Shown here: positions 62,001 through 64,000 of the stretch, in pieces
How the letters are laid out: every line of letters starts with the position of its first letter
Position numbering within the stretch: the first letter of the stretch is position 1
Source of the DNA: Raillietiella orientalis
Taxonomy: Eukaryota
DNA length: 64,000 bases
Direction of reading: 5' to 3'
NCBI GenBank assembly: GCA_036172245.1
Contig: JAYWIR010000084.1
Location: 124,001 to 188,000, forward strand
Program-made: the position numbers and the translations under genes
Notes under the pieces: model-generated
What the model was told of the DNA's origin: nothing
Database searches by the model: none
What the model saw: the letters and a program-made list of their open reading frames with translations, nothing else

Positions 62001-64000
62001 CACTTCTAATAGCGTTATCAGTATTTTTGGCTCTCTGACTGCCATCTGCTCTTAGAAACAGTTCCTAAGACCACCAAACTGTCCAAACCAATTTTACGCA
62101 TTAGGCCACTTGCACTTCCTCCGAGGTTCCAAGAGCGATCATGGTCCTCGATTATGTTCTGGTCCACTAGCTTTAATGCTTTAATGCTGCTCATATAGTA
62201 TTAGACAATCCACTCCTTGGAATAGTCACTATTTTGAGTGACATCCCAGGCCTGTTGACAGACGTATTCCTCCTTGAAACCGAGTTGGTTTTGTGCGCTT
62301 CGCCTGGGGTTCCTTTGTGAAAGCTTTGACGCTTTCCTGTGCTTCTCTTACGCTTTATTCTATGCTTCCTCTCCCTCTCCTTTTGGTGACAGATCGTAGT
62401 ATCCATCCACTGGTGCCAGGCTTACCTTCTTGTGAAAAAGCCATGACGAATCTTGACTTGCACCATGTACGCAGGGGAAGGCTATTGTTTTTATCAAAAA
62501 ATATTGAAATTGACTTGAATTCAGTGAGTCTAAATCTTCATTCTCATAATTCCCAATGTAGATGTCTATTGTGACCATCCACACATCGATTGCTTTTTAT
62601 CCTAGCGATTTATTTTATCATTTATAATCATGTGAGATAAGAAGCAAATGTAGTAATCTCATTCAAAACACACAATTCAAGTCATTGTAAGAAGGCACAT
62701 ATTACTGCTTGCTCCTAAATGCGTTCCATGTTCCTATGAATGCATTCAGCCGTATATAATTGGTTATGCAATGGTAACCTAATTATTGAGCTAGGTCCAT
62801 CATTCTACTAGGGTCATAACGACTACATTGCTGTTACTTTTAAAGCATACCCTGACCCGCGGGCTCCACGCTGGCCACTGCCAGCATAATCGTTGCAAAT
62901 CCAGTGGCCAGACCGGCCTCAGTGAATGGTGTGTCCCGTATCAGAACATGATGGCAAAGAAACCGTACTATAACAGTATCTTATGTCACTAGCGTACAAA
63001 CAACGTTTTGAGATTCAGGCAAGTTCACATCACTGCCCGTCGTGATGATGCCCATCTCGAGACCCCCATCGAGAATGGGAAGATCATAGACCTGGAATTT
63101 TCTTTCCCTTCGAACCGGTATAAACAGGAAGCTTCCTCATCTTCGAGAGGCACATCCGTTTACTTTTTGGTTCTTCGTTTGTTGCTTTCTTTCTTTATCA
63201 CATACATATCGACGTACAGGGTTTCCAACTGCAGGTACAGAAGACTCTTCATTGTTTGTGCTATCTGATCTCCTTGGAGCTCTTATCCAGGATCGTTGTG
63301 ATAAAAGCTCTGTCAAAAAACATCTATGATAGGCATGTGGAATTGTTCACATCTGTACTGAAAGTACTTTTCCATTCTGTCTCAAGATGGAATGCTGCAT
63401 TCAAAGTTCCTCTATCCTGATGCTTGTTTAGGATGATATCGTTAAGAACTTCGGGGAATCCAGCTCGTTTGGATTCTTGATCGGACTGAAACCAGGAGCA
63501 ACACAGGAAGTGAACCAATGTTGCCCGAAATCAAGGAATCCGCTCACGATCAATTTGATTCTCAGAACCTATTCTACAGAAAGATGGGATTTTTTGACAT
63601 TCATTTTTTCAACCTAAAATCATTATGATGCACGGACGAAAAGATATGATTGATCTGCTGCCCTTGCTGCACCATTAACATCTCCAGTGAATGAATGAAT
63701 AAAAATTAATGATACTCTTCTTTGGATCTTCTATCGTATTATCGCAATATTCGTAACGGAAAATTGAATCCCAGAAGAAGCATCCAAACTCCATTGCAGC
63801 TTAAGAGCAAAGCAAACGAAATGCTAATAGCTAATTATTTTAATACTCTTAATGTGCTGTCAATGTGCGTGTTTAATCCTTTGCCTCCTTCCACTCTTCC
63901 TGTCGAATACCTCTCAGAGAGGCTTTTCTTCATCCAGTATTTTCTGTAATTGATTGATATCTGGGTTCCGTATTTCTTGCATCGTTCTAGTTCCTCTCCT

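Noticed and set aside
53100..64000. Numerous short ORFs suggestive of decayed genes
   Set aside because: Apart from the hAT remnant, none could be tied to a known family by eye. Left unannotated.

Overview
This is eukaryotic (probably invertebrate) repeat-rich genomic DNA. I found no intact host gene, RNA gene or CRISPR array. Bases 1-20,700 form a GC-rich nest of L1/Tx1-type non-LTR retrotransposons: ORF1 carries two CCHC knuckles, and ORF2 carries an AP-endonuclease, RT and a C-terminal zf-RVT-like motif. Exact target-site duplications (TSDs) show element D (3945-5336, -) inserted in ORF1 of full-length element A (2396-9365, +). A in turn sits antisense in the H-K-A-F-D codons of the RT of element B (-). 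Junctions suggest B lies in C, C in E, and E in F. A and its diverged relative C both abut the AFD codons of a host RT, antisense and in identical register. This suggests a LINE lineage that targets the conserved RT motif of related LINEs, and it is the main candidate for an undescribed system. The elements share a 5' GGACGTG motif, a TAATG-type ORF1/ORF2 junction, and a 3'-terminal CCCGG/CCGGG hairpin with no poly(A) tail. The rest of the window holds a decayed piggyBac element, further LINE remnants (including a second, older nest at 46-51 kb), an eIF4A-like retropseudogene, an intron-containing RFC1 pseudogene fragment and a hAT transposase remnant. Much of 33-44 kb and 53-64 kb could not be assigned. 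All homology calls are by-eye motif recognition, not database searches.
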